Source of the DNA: Phaeosaccion multiseriatum
Taxonomy: Eukaryota; Protista; Ochrophyta, other classes
Assembly: GCA_965112735.1 (NCBI GenBank)
Contig: OZ218956.1
Span: 3,472,001-3,536,000, forward strand
DNA length: 64,000 bases
Reading direction: 5' to 3'
The notes under the pieces are model-generated. The model made no database searches. It was given only the letters and a program-made list of their open reading frames with translations, and was not told the DNA's origin. Position numbers and translations under genes: made by a program. This document shows positions 46,003 to 58,478 of the stretch, piece by piece. Every line of letters begins with the position of its first letter. Positions within the stretch are counted from its first letter, which is position 1.

Positions 46003-47604
46003 TGTAAAGAGTCACGTTGCTCTCCACCTAGGATAGGAGTAGCCGCATGGATAAGGTAATAGCAACCCCAAAGCCAGCCTGGCAGCCAGCCTTGTCTCTA
46101 TTAGCTTTATCCGTGAGCCATCCTAAACGACCAACCTGCTGGGAGGTGAGTGAGAAACGGGCCACGCACCGTTTCTCACCGTATTTGCCTGGGCCTGGGC
46201 CATTGACATAATACTGACTTTCAACATCCCCGTCAGCCATCCCTGCACTTCTAACATCCCCCTGAACTAAACTATTGCGTGTCCCCACGCAACTCAAAGC
46301 GGGTTCGCCTACTAAGCTAAGCTCGACTTGTAGCAAAAGCCTCCATGTTGCTTCCAATAAAAACGGATGAGAAATATGCAAAACTCACCCAGGTGTGTGC
46401 GACCGCTCCTCCAACACACACCCTCCTGTATTGGTGAGAAAACCCCACGACTCAAACTCACCCACACAGGCTCACGGATGAGAACATCCCATGACTCAAA
46501 CTCACCCGCGCAATTCTCTATCTCCACTCCTACTCGCCACCAGCGTTGCCAAAGCCGCGTTGCGCACCACTAATGCTGACTGCTCAAGTGTTTACTGGTG
46601 TGCCTACAAGGCACCCAGACAGTCCCTAAAGCAGCCTTGCGAGTATCCTTCTCTGTCTCCCGCCAAGCTCCGTGCAACAGCAACAGCCGCGCTGCTGCCA
46701 CACTCGAAAGCCATGCCCACTGTAGGGCACCGCTCTCGGCAATTCTCTATCTCCACGGCCCACCAAGCTCCAGCAGCAATTTCCGTGCAACAGCAACATC
46801 CGTGCTGCTGCCACACTCGAAAGCCATGCCCGCTGTCTAAGGCACCACTCCCGGCAATTCTCTATCTCCACGGCCCACCAAGCTCCAGCAGCAATTTCCG
46901 TGCAACAGCAACATCCGTGCTGCTGCCACACTCGAAAGCCGTGCCCGCTGTAAGGCACCGCTCCCGGCAATTCTCTATCTCCACGGCCCACCAAGCTCCA
47001 CCAGCAATTTCCGTGTAACAGCAACATCCGTGCTGCTGCCACACTCGAAAGCCATGCCCGCTGTAAGGCACCGCTCCCGGCAATTCTCCATCTCCACTGC
47101 CCACCAAGCTCCAGCAGCAATTTCCGTGTAACAGCAACATCCGTGCTGCTGCCATACTCGAAAGCCATGCCCGCTGTAAGGCACCGCTCCCGGCAATTCT
47201 CCATCTCCACTGCCCACCAAGCTCCAGCAGCAATTTCCGTGCAACAGCAACATCCGTGCTGCTGCCACACTCGAAAGCCATGCCCGCTGTCTAAGGCACC
47301 ACTCCCGGCAAACTCAAAGCTACCGAGCTGCTGCCTGAGCCTCTTGGCCAAGGTCAGCTGCCTTCGGGATTCTTTGGGGTTGTAAAGAGTCACGTTGCTC
47401 TCCACCTAGGATAGGAGTAGCCGCATGGACAAGGTAATAGCAACCCCAAAGCCAGCCTGGCAGCCAGCCTTGTCTCTATTAGCTTTATCCGTGAGCCATC
47501 CTAAACGACCAACCTGCTGGGAGGTGAGTGAGAAACGGGCCACGCACCGTTTCTCACCGTATTTGCCTGGGCCTGGGCCATTGACATAATACTGACTTTC
47601 AACA
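46003..47604 (-). mobile_element. Non-autonomous LTR retroelement (TRIM-like), 1602 bp
   Basis: Direct 224-bp LTRs at 46003-46226 and 47381-47604 with TG...CA ends and one mismatch by eye. 4-bp TSD GAGG at 45999-46002 and 47605-47608. Purine-rich tract next to the left LTR on the minus strand. No gag/pol motifs. Confidence 0.92.
46664..47311. repeat. 113-115 bp tandem repeat (5 full copies + 1 partial) inside the LTR element
   Basis: CAATTCTC unit starts at 46740, 46855, 46968, 47081 and 47194. Confidence 0.95.
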
Positions 47605-48997
47605 GAGGTCGTTGTGGAGGATGACGGGAGACTGCGAGTGGAGGTAGTTCAGACCGCTGCAGACACCCGACAACACCTTCACCTTTTGAGGCCAAGACAT
47701 GGGCACAGGCAAGGCTCTCTCAGACTGGTAGAGCACGTCGAACAGGCTGCCTAGAGGAGCGTGCTCCATCACCATGATCAGGTCTGGCTTCACGGTACAG
47801 GCTCCATACATGTGGACGACATTAGGGTGTCGCAAGCCGCCATGGATCTTTGCCTCCCTGAAAAACTCCTCCTCTCCTTCTTCGCTGAGTACAAACAACC
47901 TTTTGGCCGCCACCATGGTCCGATCAGGTCCCCAGGCCGCAAGATAAACAGCGCCAAAGCCACCGGTGGCAATGGGATTCGGTTCACAATGAATGTCCTC
48001 CGTCCGCAATTCCTGATAACCCAGAAGGTTCTCAGTGGCAGTCACTCGAGAAGTCTTGATGGCTGCAAGAATCTCACTCTTCATCTGTCGAACTAGCAGG
48101 CTGGACGCCTGCGAGTGCTCTTTAAACATGAGAGTAAGAGCGTCCTGGAGGTTGTAAAAGTCGGCCTGCAGGTCGCACCGATCTTCGCTGTGAAACTCGT
48201 TCACCTTCGCCAGGATGTTGACGCCAATCTCGGTCTGAAGCATGGTGTGAACATCACATAGCCTCTCCGTGATGTTGTTGAACTTGCCCTGCGTCTTCTT
48301 GCAATCCAGTGCCTTCTTCCACCACTCCTTCTCACAGAAGTGCTCCACAAGATCGAGAGCATCATCAAGAACCTGCTGAAGTCGTTCAAGCGTGCCTGTG
48401 TCGACACTGCGTTCCTGACGTATCACCTCTTCCAGTAAGGGGGTGAAGAGATGGACGCGTTGTTGGAGTCGTTGGCTCTGTGCTTGAAGTCCTTTCACCG
48501 TCTTGGCGACTCTATCAATGGCTTCGGCGGTTTTCAGGACGGCATAGGCGACCTCCAAAGCCATCCCTGTCCGCCGGGTGGAGCCTGCTTACTTAAGGGG
48601 GGCCAAACGTGAGATGGAAGTAAATAAATTTCTTCGCCTAAAAGTAACAACTTACAATCGAAATAAACACGTCGATAAGTTGAGGTGCTCGTGGAAAAAA
48701 ATCGAGGTCGTCGTTTGTAATTTTTTATTTTCATTTTCCCCTTCTGTAAGAGGAGCCGTGCAAGAGAGGGAGAAGAGTACCAAGGAAAGAGGGACAAGAG
48801 GAAAGAGAGGAAGGGCTTCTTCCCACGCGCCCGGGAAGAACGGGGTGTAGGGGCTCTTTTGGAACGGGAAGGAATCCTGCTCTCGTTGGCAGTTTGGTTT
48901 GGTTGGGAAGGAGAGAGGAGGAGCAGCCGCTACAACGGAGGACGGAGTGAGAGAGTAAGGGAAGGAGGGAGAGAGAAAGGAGAGGAAGGTCCCAGGC

Positions 48998-51900
48998 ATG
49001 TCCAGCTCTGAAACCTCTTCCGATGTGGGGGATGAGAATGTGACTGAGATGGAGGTGGACGAAAGTCCCGCGCAACAACCACCTTCAGCGGCGGCAGCAG
49101 CAGTAGCAGCGCCCCCCGCACCAGAGGCAGTCGGGGATGAAGGAGGAGATGATATAGACTCTGGCAGCGGCAGTGGTGGGGCCGCTGGTGCAGGAAAGCC
49201 ACCAACCCGTCTGCTTATTACCAAGATGGCCCTGGAGAACTTTAAGTCCTATGGAGGAGTGAGGGAGATTGGGCCGTTTCACAAGTGCTTCAGCAGCATC
49301 GTTGGCCCAAACGGCAGTGGGAAGAGCAATGTGATTGACGCCATGCTCTTTGTCTTTGGTAAGAGGGCGAAGCAGCTCAGGCTGAACAAAGTCTCCGAGC
49401 TCATTCACAAGTAAGTGTGGCTGATGGGAAGCTTGGCTTTACAACATGCCTGATGCTTGTTGTGGTGCATATGCTACCAAAATCGAGGGGACCTCCTCTT
49501 TGAGACGGCACTCTGTTTTCATGGATGCCACTCACAGAGTCACTTGACTCGTCCACAGCATTGTGACGGTACCTCCTCTCCACCCAACCCGCTGTCATCT
49601 CATAGAGAACCACCTAGAAACAACCGCACCAGATCTCCCTTATCCCTCTGCATGCGCTAATGTCTCCCTTCTCCAACTCCTCCTCCTCCTCCTCCTCTCC
49701 CCCAAAGGTCGGATACCTTCCCCGACCTCGACTTCACCCGCGTGAGCGTGCACTTTGTGGACATTATCGACGACGGGCAGGACGAGGACGCCTACGAAGA
49801 GGTGCCGGGCACGGGGCTCGTTGTCACACGCACGGCCTACAGAGACAACACCTCCAAGTACCAGGTGGGTGGGTGGGTGGGTTGAGTACCTGGTGTCAGG
49901 AAAGAGAAGGAGGGGTTCGGTACCTCGTATCAAGACATGCATGGGTGGTGCAGTGGGTGGGTAGTTGTCCGTGTCAGCATGAAAGGAAGTGGGTGGGTGC
50001 AGTCGGTTACAAAGGGGTCAGGATGACGCATGCCTCAATCAGGAGAGTGGGGAGCGTGGGGAGCCCCGGAGATGCCCCCTCATGACTGACCTGCATGCGT
50101 CTCTACATGATCTAAACTTACGTCACGCAAAATTTTTCACACCAATCGATCACACCGTCCACTGCCATCCCCCCCCCCTCCCCCCTCCACTGCCATCCCC
50201 AGGTGGACGGGAAGAACGCCACCTTCGCGGAGGTGGGGGCCCTCCTGCGCAAGAGAGGCATCGACCTCGACAACAACCGGTTCCTCATCCTGCAGGTCGG
50301 TGTAAGCTCTGTCTCGCTCTGTCTCTCTCTGTGGAGGGTGGGTGTGGATCAATATCTGTCTACCCGTCCAATCTATCTGTCTATCTATGTATCGGCCTGT
50401 CAATCGATGCATGTGATTCTAATCGAGGCTAGTACACCCCCCTGAAACTTCTTACTCCGACTCCCCCTTCCCTTCCTGCAGGGCGAGGTGGAGCAGATTG
50501 CCATGATGAAGCCCAAGGGCCTCTCTCCGCACGAGGACGGGCTGCTAGAGTACCTCGAGGATATCATCGGCTCCAACAGGTGTGTGTGTGTGCGCGCGTG
50601 TGTGTGCGTTTGTGCGTGTGCGTGGGTGCGTGCGTGCGTGCTGCCTACCTCATGTTCATGTTCTCTCTGCTGCTTTTGAAGAGAGGGGAGAGAATAGAGA
50701 AGAAAGTGTGGCACAGAAAACGGACCCCGCCTTCCTGGCTTCTCTCCTCCCGACCTACCTCCCACCTTTCTCCCTCCCTCCCTCCGTCCCTCCCTCCCTG
50801 TCCCCCTTGACAAGATACGTGAGCGAGACAGAGGCGGCTTCTGGCGAGGTAGAGGAACTGAACTCGCACCGCACAGAGCGACTGAACCGCCTCAAAGCGG
50901 CGGAGAAGGAGAAGGAGGCTCTCCAGGGGGGCAAGACGCAGGCGGAGGAGTTCCTGGTCACGGAGAAGAACGTGCGCACCCTCAAGAACGTTCTCTACCA
51001 GGTAAGGAAGGCACCCTCCAGCCCTCCCTCCCTCGTCCACCGCTGGGGGGTGGGGTTGTCAGTATGTACACAATAGCAGCGCACGGGGCCTCGACTCTTC
51101 TCCATATTCACGCACGCGCCTACCCACCTGCCCACCCCGTGTGCCTTCTCTCTCGACCTATCTCTGACCTGACCCCCATTCCTCCTCCAATCCTGCCCTC
51201 CTCCACTCCTCCACCCCCCAACCGTTGTGGTGGTTTGGTCGGTATGCGACTGTGCTATGTGACTGTGCGTGCCACCCACCCCACTCCACTCCTCTCCACT
51301 CCTCCCCCACCCACCTACCACTCGCCCACAGGTGCAAATCGGCGAGGCGGACCGCAACGTCGAAGCGGTAACCGTTAAGGCGGACCAAGTGGCGACGGAG
51401 CTGGAGGGGGAGAGGGAGAAGATCAGGGAGGAGGAGGGCAAGCTGCTGAGGGAGGCGGAGAGGCACGAGGCGCTGGCGGAGGAATACAGGGAGATCAATG
51501 AAGAGCTCTTGTCCAGCAAGCGGCAGTTCGACGAGTTTGAGAGGAAGAATATCAAGCACACGGAAGGTGTGTGTTTGTGTGGGGTGTGTGCGCCTACGTG
51601 TCTTGATGGGTGGATGTGCGTGTGTGTGTGAGTGTGAGAGAGACCGTGTGTGTGTGTGAGTGTGTGTGTGTGTGTGCGCGTGTAAGGTGCATGCCTGGAT
51701 GGATGAGTGGGTGGGTGGGAGGGTAGGCGGGTAAGGATAAGGAAGGGTGGGAGGGTAGGCGGGTAAGGATAGGGAAGGATGGGAGGGTAGGTGGGTAAGG
51801 ATAAGGAAGGGTGGGAGGGTAGGCGGGTAAGGATAAGGAAGGGTGGGAGGGTAGACGGGTAAGGATAAGGAAGGGTGGGAGGGTAGGCGAGTAAGGATAG

Positions 51901-54509
51901 GGAATGGTGGGAGCAGAACTTGTGTGACTGCCCTACACTCCCCCACACTGCCCTGACACACTTCTCTTTCGGTATGAGATGGGTCCTGTGCGTAACGTGT
52001 TTCTTCTTCGTCCACCCCCAACCCCCCTTCTCTCCTTCTCTCCGTGTGTGCTGTGCCTTCTGTCCATTCCTCTCGCGCCTCTGCCGTTGGGGCGCCTCAT
52101 GCCTGGTCACGATTTCACCTCATTGCTGCTGCTGGTGGCGCACTTGGTGTCTCTTCTGCTTATTGGATTCTGTGCATTGTTCCGTGTTGGGGAGTAGACA
52201 AAAAGTTCAAGCAGGGGCAAATCAAGACCGCGACGGCCGCCGCAAAGAAAGAGGCAAAGAAGGCGAAGGACTGCACCGCAAAGGCAGAGCAGCTCGAGGA
52301 GTCCTTGCCGGGGCTGGCGGGCAAGGTGGAGGGGTGGGAGGACAAGAAGCAAAAGGCGGAGGCCGCCCTGGAGGAGATTCAGGAGGGACTCCGAGGCGAG
52401 ACGGAGGACTTGCGGCGGCAGCTGGAGGCGTCGCAGAGTGAAGCGGTGCCCGGGAGGAAGGCGGCGGGTGAGCTCAAGCACCAGCTGCAGACCATTGAGT
52501 GCGAGGCGGGCATTTTGGAGGAGAGCACGGTGACCGCCTCGCAGAAGCTAAAGGCCACCGAGACTGCCCTGCAGAACTTGCTCAGCACGGCGGAGCAGAA
52601 TCGGGCCGAGCTCACGCAGGCCAGCAAGGACGGTGCCGGCATCAAGGAGGCGCTACAGGAGGCCCAATCGCAAGCGGTTTCTGCGGGGGAGCAGGTACAG
52701 GCCCGGGCGGCGGCCATGTCTTCGGCTGTGGGCGCGTGTGAGGAGGCCAAAGCCGCGTTGGAGAGCCAGCAAGCTGCCTCTGGACTAGGTGGCAAGTCCA
52801 AACTAGTGAAGGGTCTGCTGGCGGCGGCAGGCAAGGGCGGGGCGCTGGAGCGAGCGGGGGTGTGCGGCCGCTTGGGAGACTTGGGTACCATAGACCCCAA
52901 GTATGATGTGGCCGTCACCACGGCTTGCAACCACCTCGACTACATTGTGGTGGAGACGGATGCGGGGGGGAAGGCGTGTGTGGAGTTCCTGCAGCGGAAC
53001 GATCTCGGGCGGGCCTCCTTCATAGTGCTGGAGCGGTTGGGACACCTCACAGAGAACATGAACAGGCCGTTTCAAGCCCCCAATGGAGGCGGAGGAGACT
53101 GCCCTCGGCTGTTCGACTTGGTGCGGTCGTCGGACAAGCGCTTCCTCCCCGCCTTCTACCTCGGCCTCAGGAACACCATGGTGGCCAAGGATCTCGACGC
53201 CGCGACGGCCGTGGCGTACAGGGGAGACCGCGCAGTGGCCAGAGTTGTGACGCTGGACGGGCAGCTCATAGACATGTCGGGGGCCATGTCGGGCGGAGGA
53301 ACGTCGGTGAAGCGAGGAGGGATGGGCGGGACCTCGAGTACTACCGCTGCAGCTGCTGCTTCTGTGGGCGGCACAGGCGTTACAGAAAAGCAGGTGCAGC
53401 AGCTGCAGCGCAAGGCAGACGAAGCTTCCGAGGCGCTCCGGGCGGCCCGGGCGAGCAAAGCGGCGGCGGATAGCGAGGTCAAGAGGCTGACGCAGAGGCA
53501 GAAGCAGCTCACGACGTTGGTGCCCAAGCTGCAGCTGCTGCTGGGAGGGGTGGACGAGTCGGAGGAGCAGTACAAGGAGCAAATTGCCAAGCTACGCACA
53601 CTCACCACATTGTCACCGGTGAGTGACGTGAGAAGGGAGAGAGTAAAGGTTGCGTGGCTGGGACGGTCATGATGAAAGAGGTGGGGTGTGGCGAGAAGTG
53701 GCCATCATAAGCATTGGCAAATCATTGACGGTCCCGAGAGCTGGGAAGTGAGAGCTGCTCAATCAAAGACTAGGCCTGGGCATCGTTCTCATTCACTCAC
53801 TCACTCACTCACTCACTCACCCCTTCTCCCCTCCCCCGTACCCCTCTCTCTCTCTGTCTGTCGGGTACAGGAGGACGCCGCCAAGCTCAGCCAGCTGCGC
53901 GCCGAGGCGAACAAGACGCAGGCAGCGCTAGACAAGGCAGACGCGGGACTCGAGCGCATCGAGAAGAAGGTGCGTGCTCGGCTCTCGGTGTTTTTGTTTG
54001 TCTTGTTGTGATTGTTGCTCTTTCGGTCTTCCTGAGAGGACGACTCCCCGGTGCGAATCGCCTCTTTTTCATGCATTTTGTTGCTGTGTGTCTCTCCTCC
54101 CCCGTCCTCTCCTCCTCCTCTCCTCTCCTCTGCTCTCTCTCAGATATCGAAGCTGCAGAAGGGCATTTTGGAGGTGGGAGGGGAGCCGCTGAAGCAAGCC
54201 ATGCACCGCGCTGACGAGGCTGCCAGGCAGCTCGACGAAGCCGTTGCGGCAGTGGCTGCGGCCAAGGTCCGTCAGGGGAGGAGGCAGGGGCAGAGGGGTG
54301 GAGGCATGTATGGGTGGACGGAGGCAGGGGCAGAGGGGTGGAGGCATGTATGGGTGGACGGAGGCAGGGGCAGAGGGGTGGAGGCATGTATGGGTGGACG
54401 GAGGCAGGGGCAGAGGGGTGGAGGCATGTATGGGTGGACGGAGGCAGGGGGAAGGAGAGCAGAGCGATGGACCAGAGAGAAGACGCTCACTCTGTATATC
54501 CCTTCTCCG

Positions 54510-54550
<41 letters not shown>

Positions 54551-57271
54551 GCGTGCCCAGGTGGGTAGCGCTGGAGAGAAGCGCAAGGCGGACAAGGCTA
54601 GCGCTGCGGCTGCCTCCAGAGAGAAGGACGCAGAGAAGCTCAAGAAGGAGGTGGAGGTCATGGTGGAGGCCTTCGAGGCCATGGAACTGGTAAGTGTGTG
54701 TGTGCGTGTGTGCGTGGGTTTCGGGGTCGGGATTGAAGGGAGGGAGGGGGATATCTCAAACGTGAGCATGTCGATCTTGACCCGCCACCCAAGCTCACTC
54801 AAAACCGTTGAGAGTCGATAGGAAGTACACTGCTAAGGTCCTTCTCCCAATGTGTCAAACACGTGTGAATCGCAACTGACATGCACACTATAGAATGCAG
54901 CCCCTCGTCCTTCCTTACACCGCTCTTACGTACGACTGTCTACCCGTGCCTCCATCCGTGCCTCTTGTGTGATCCGTCTCCTTCTCCAGGCGGCGGTGGA
55001 GGTTTCAGAAAAGTACATGGAGGTGATGGAGGTGGCCCGCGGCAAGGAGGCAGAGCTGCAGAGCATGACAAAGGACTACGAAGCAGCCAAGAAGGCCGTC
55101 AAAGACATCAAATCCGCAGGTGGGATAGGCAGGCGGGCGGAGAGGGAGGGGAAGGTGGATGATGATGATGGATGGATGGATGGTTGAGGAAGGAGTGGCC
55201 TAGGTTGGTATTTCGGTTTTGGTGTTGTGTGTCCCTCCTCGGTCTCTTCAGGATAGGTGAAGACTGCCCTTCCGCTCGACCCTCTCATCCCCTCTCGCTC
55301 TTTCTGTCACACGCACACACACACACACACACCAGAGATCGACTTGGCGAATAAGTTGGAGGACCTGAACAAGACAAAGGCGGACAACGTCGGCAAGGCC
55401 AAGCACTGGCGGCAGCTCCTCGCCAAGCTCAAGAAGGAGCACAAGCAAGAGTACGAAGAGTGGGGCAGCTTTGACGACGACGAAGGTGAGGGGGGGTGGG
55501 AGAGAGAGGTGAAGAGGATGAGTGCGTGGCCTGCCTAGCGGTGCTCGGTGCGGCGTGTGGTGTGGGTTCTTGCGGCCCACCGCTGGCGACGACCAGAGAT
55601 GTGTGTGTGGCGAGGCCTCTTCCAACAACCAACCCGCTTGCGCCGTTGTCCCCCTTCACCAGAAGAGGAGCAAGAGGAGACTATGGCAGTAGAGGGTGCT
55701 GAGGAGAGCAAGGGGGGCGAGGAGCAGGAGGGAGGAGGAACTGATGACGGCGACAGCGAGGATGAAGCTGGGGCAGAGGCGAAGAAGAGCGGCGCCGACA
55801 GGACGAGCAAGGGAGGCAATACGGCAGCACAGGGCGCCAAGGCCAAGGTCGGAAAGGTGAGGATCAGGATCGGGATCGGAGTTGGAGCGCCTGCACAGCG
55901 AAGCAGATGGTTGAGGCGAAGGGAGGCGGTGCTGGTGCGGGCTGTCAGGGAGGGAGGAGATCGCAGCCCATACCGCCCGGCACGAGAACGACGAGAGGCG
56001 TCACGAGTCATTCGTTGGCAGGGTTGAGCTTCCTGCGGGCACCTCAGCATGCGCCGCTTTCCCCATACGCCTCTAATCTCCGTCTCTCCCCCTCATCTGT
56101 GCGTGTGTGCGTGTGCCTCCTTTGCTGTACTCTGCTGTGATGTGGTGTGGCGTGAGCAGGGCTGCCTGGTGGAGCTGACGGCGGAGGAGCTCGGGGAGGT
56201 GAACAAGGAGGAGGTGAAGGAGGATCTGACGGTGCAGGAGGGGCAGCGGGACAAGCTCAAGGGAAAGGTCAACATGAACGCGCTGTTGGAGTACAAGAGG
56301 AAGGAGGGAGACTACTTGGCGAGAGTCAAGGTCAGTCACAGAGACCAGAGGGAGGGGAGGCGAGGAAGAGGGGAGGATGCGAATGTGATTGTACCGGCAA
56401 GAGAAGAGGGGAGAGGAGGACGAGGAAGAGGAGGACGAGGAAGACGAAGAGGAGGAGGAGGAGGAGGATGCGAATGTGATTGTGCCGGGCAGAGAGGAGG
56501 GGAGAGGGGTTGCTTTGGTCTCTTGTCGGCGAAGGAATGGGGGACAGTTGTCACTCAAGTCTAGAGGGATTTCGTTGCATCGTATTCCTTATCATTGATT
56601 GGCCTTTGTGCTTGTGTGTTTCGGTTTGCGTCGCCCCTCTTCCTCCTCGTCTCCCCGTCATCCTCAGGAGCTCGACGACATCACAGAGCAACGCAACGCC
56701 GCGAGGAGGAGGCTGGAGGAGCTCCGGCGGAAGAGGCTCGAAGAGTTTATGGCCGGCTTTGGTCACATCACGCTCAAGCTCAAGGAGATGTATCAGATGA
56801 TAACGCTGGGCGGAGACGCGGAGCTGGAGCTGGTGGACAGTCTAGACCCCTTCAGTGAAGGCATTGTGTTCAGTGTAAGGCCCCCCAAGAAGAGCTGGAA
56901 GAACATTGCCAACTTGTCGGGGGGGGAGAAGACGCTCTCTTCGCTGGCGCTGGTGTTTGCACTGCACCACTTCAAGCCCACGCCTCTCTACGTCATGGAC
57001 GAGGTGAGTCAAGAGGAGGGGCCATGAGCAGTTGCTGCTACAGCTGTTGGCGGTACAGCAGCAGCTACTACTTGTGGACGCCGCGCCGCTACGTTAGCGC
57101 TAGAGCCCCTTCTGACCAACACACACCCCTTGAGTCCTGCATGCTTAAGCTTATTAAGACCGTGCTAAGACGGGGTGCGATGCACGGCCGAACCACTTAC
57201 ACAACAACAATAACAACACCACCACCACCACCACCAACAACAACAACAACTGGACCGAATCTGACACATAT

Positions 57272-57302
<31 letters not shown>

Positions 57303-57612
57303 GATCGACGCGGCCCTGGACTTCAAGAACGTGTCCATCGTCGCCAACTACATCAAGGAGCGCACCAAGAACGCGCAGTTCATCATCATCTCGCTACGCA
57401 ACAACATGTTCGAGCTCGCCGACCGCCTCGTGGGCATCTACAAGACGCACAACGTCACCAAGTCCGTCACCATAAACCCCAAGGTGCTCGCGGGCAGCAT
57501 CTTCGCGCCTCAGGGGTCCGCCGCAGCAGCAGCAGCAGCAGCAGGAGGAGGAGGAGGAGGCGCGATTGGTGGTGTAGTGCGGCCTCTGGGCGACAGTACG
57601 AACAACCGATGA
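48998..57612 (+). CDS. SMC4: Structural maintenance of chromosomes protein 4 (condensin), multi-exon
   Basis: LENFKSY, IGPFHKCFSSIVGPNGSGKSNVIDAMLFVFG, IDLDNNRFLILQGEVEQI, hinge GRLGDLG...VVTLDG.LID.SG.MSGGG, DPFSEG..FSVRPPKKSWK.I.NLSGGEKT and MDEIDAALD. Confidence 0.97.
51713..51904. repeat. 32-bp G-rich minisatellite, about 6 copies, in an SMC4 intron
   Basis: Unit GGGTGGGAGGGTAGGCGGGTAAGGATAAGGAA. Confidence 0.9.
54281..54450. repeat. 40-bp G-rich minisatellite, about 4 copies, in an SMC4 intron
   Basis: Unit GAGGCAGGGGCAGAGGGGTGGAGGCATGTATGGGTGGACG. Confidence 0.9.
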
Positions 57613-58372
57613 GAGGATGAGAGGCACAGGCGCAAGTGGGACCGCACCGGTCGCTGTTACGACGATGATTTGAATTGATTTGTTTGATTTTTAGTCCAAA
57701 GGAGTGGGAGGATGCGGAGCCCACAGGGGGGCGGCAGGGCCAGGCCTCAAGAGGAGGCGGGGGAGTGCGTGTATGTGTGTGTGTGTGCGTGGGTAGACTC
57801 GGCGTTTAATTATAAAGTGCACGTGCTGCGTGTTTTCTCTCTCTTCTGTGCGTCCAGCCGGCTGCCTGTCGACAGGTCCAGGGTTGAGATAGTGTGCTGA
57901 AACATTAAAAAATGATTTTATTTTTATTTTATAATTTCATTTATCACAGTAAAAGTGTAAAAGTGAAAGACTCGACACTATAGCACAGCGCGGACCCTTA
58001 TGGATCGGAGAAGGACGGAATAGATTCGGACTGGACGGCCTCTGTTGTTTTTCTTGCCTTTTGCTCTGCCTCTCTCGCTCAGACCGTGCTTGTTGAACAT
58101 TGCCATCCACGCTCCTCCTTCTATCCCTTGTGGAAAGTCAGTCCGTTTCTCACAAACCCCCCCCCCGGCACTATTAGATGGCACTGCTACCTTATGTGTG
58201 CGTGTAGTCCGTTTCACTGGAGGTCGATGGCATGACTTTCCACACTCTACACTGCTGCGTTGATTCCTTCTCCTCCTCTAAAACCTTCTCCACCTCTTCC
58301 TCGACTCCCCTGTTTGAGCTGTAATAGAGTTTTCGTGTATATTAGATACCCAAAAATCCATGGCCTCGATAA

Positions 58373-58446
58373 GTCTCATTAGCGTAGTTGGATAACGCGT
58401 CCGCCTACGAAGCGGGAGATCGCGCGTTCAAGTCGCGCATGAGATT
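58373..58446 (+). tRNA. tRNA-Arg, anticodon ACG
   Basis: Cloverleaf: acceptor GTCTCAT/ATGAGAT, D stem GCGT/ACGC, anticodon stem TCCGC/GCGGG with loop CTACGAA, T stem GCGCG/CGCGC with loop TTCAAGT. A long poly-T follows. Confidence 0.93.
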
Positions 58447-58447
58447 A

Positions 58448-58453
<6 letters not shown>

Positions 58454-58478
<25 letters not shown>
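58454..58478 (+). terminator. Poly-T Pol III terminator after the tRNA
   Basis: A T-run starts 8 nt after the tRNA 3' end. Confidence 0.7.

Larger units (their letters stand above)
43560..48564 (-). pseudogene. MLKL-like N-terminal helical bundle + TKL kinase + tandem ARM repeats, interrupted by an LTR element
   Basis: ORF 47599..48564 (IATGGFGAVY, VAAK, HPNVV, ...ILHNDL) and ORF 43560..45986 (DFG, GTTAWMAPE, SDVYSLG, ARM array) fuse in frame to HNDLKSPNVLL once 46003-47604 and one TSD are removed. No introns. Confidence 0.9.

Noticed and set aside
46491-47405. ORFs within the LTR element interior
   Set aside because: They are products of a 113-bp (non-triplet) tandem repeat and show no gag, protease, RT or integrase motifs.
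46003-47604. The LTR element being spliced out as an intron to restore the kinase
   Set aside because: The nearest GT (T|GTTGAA) and AG (CTCAAG|) give a frameshift, and the later donor lies after the in-frame TGA.
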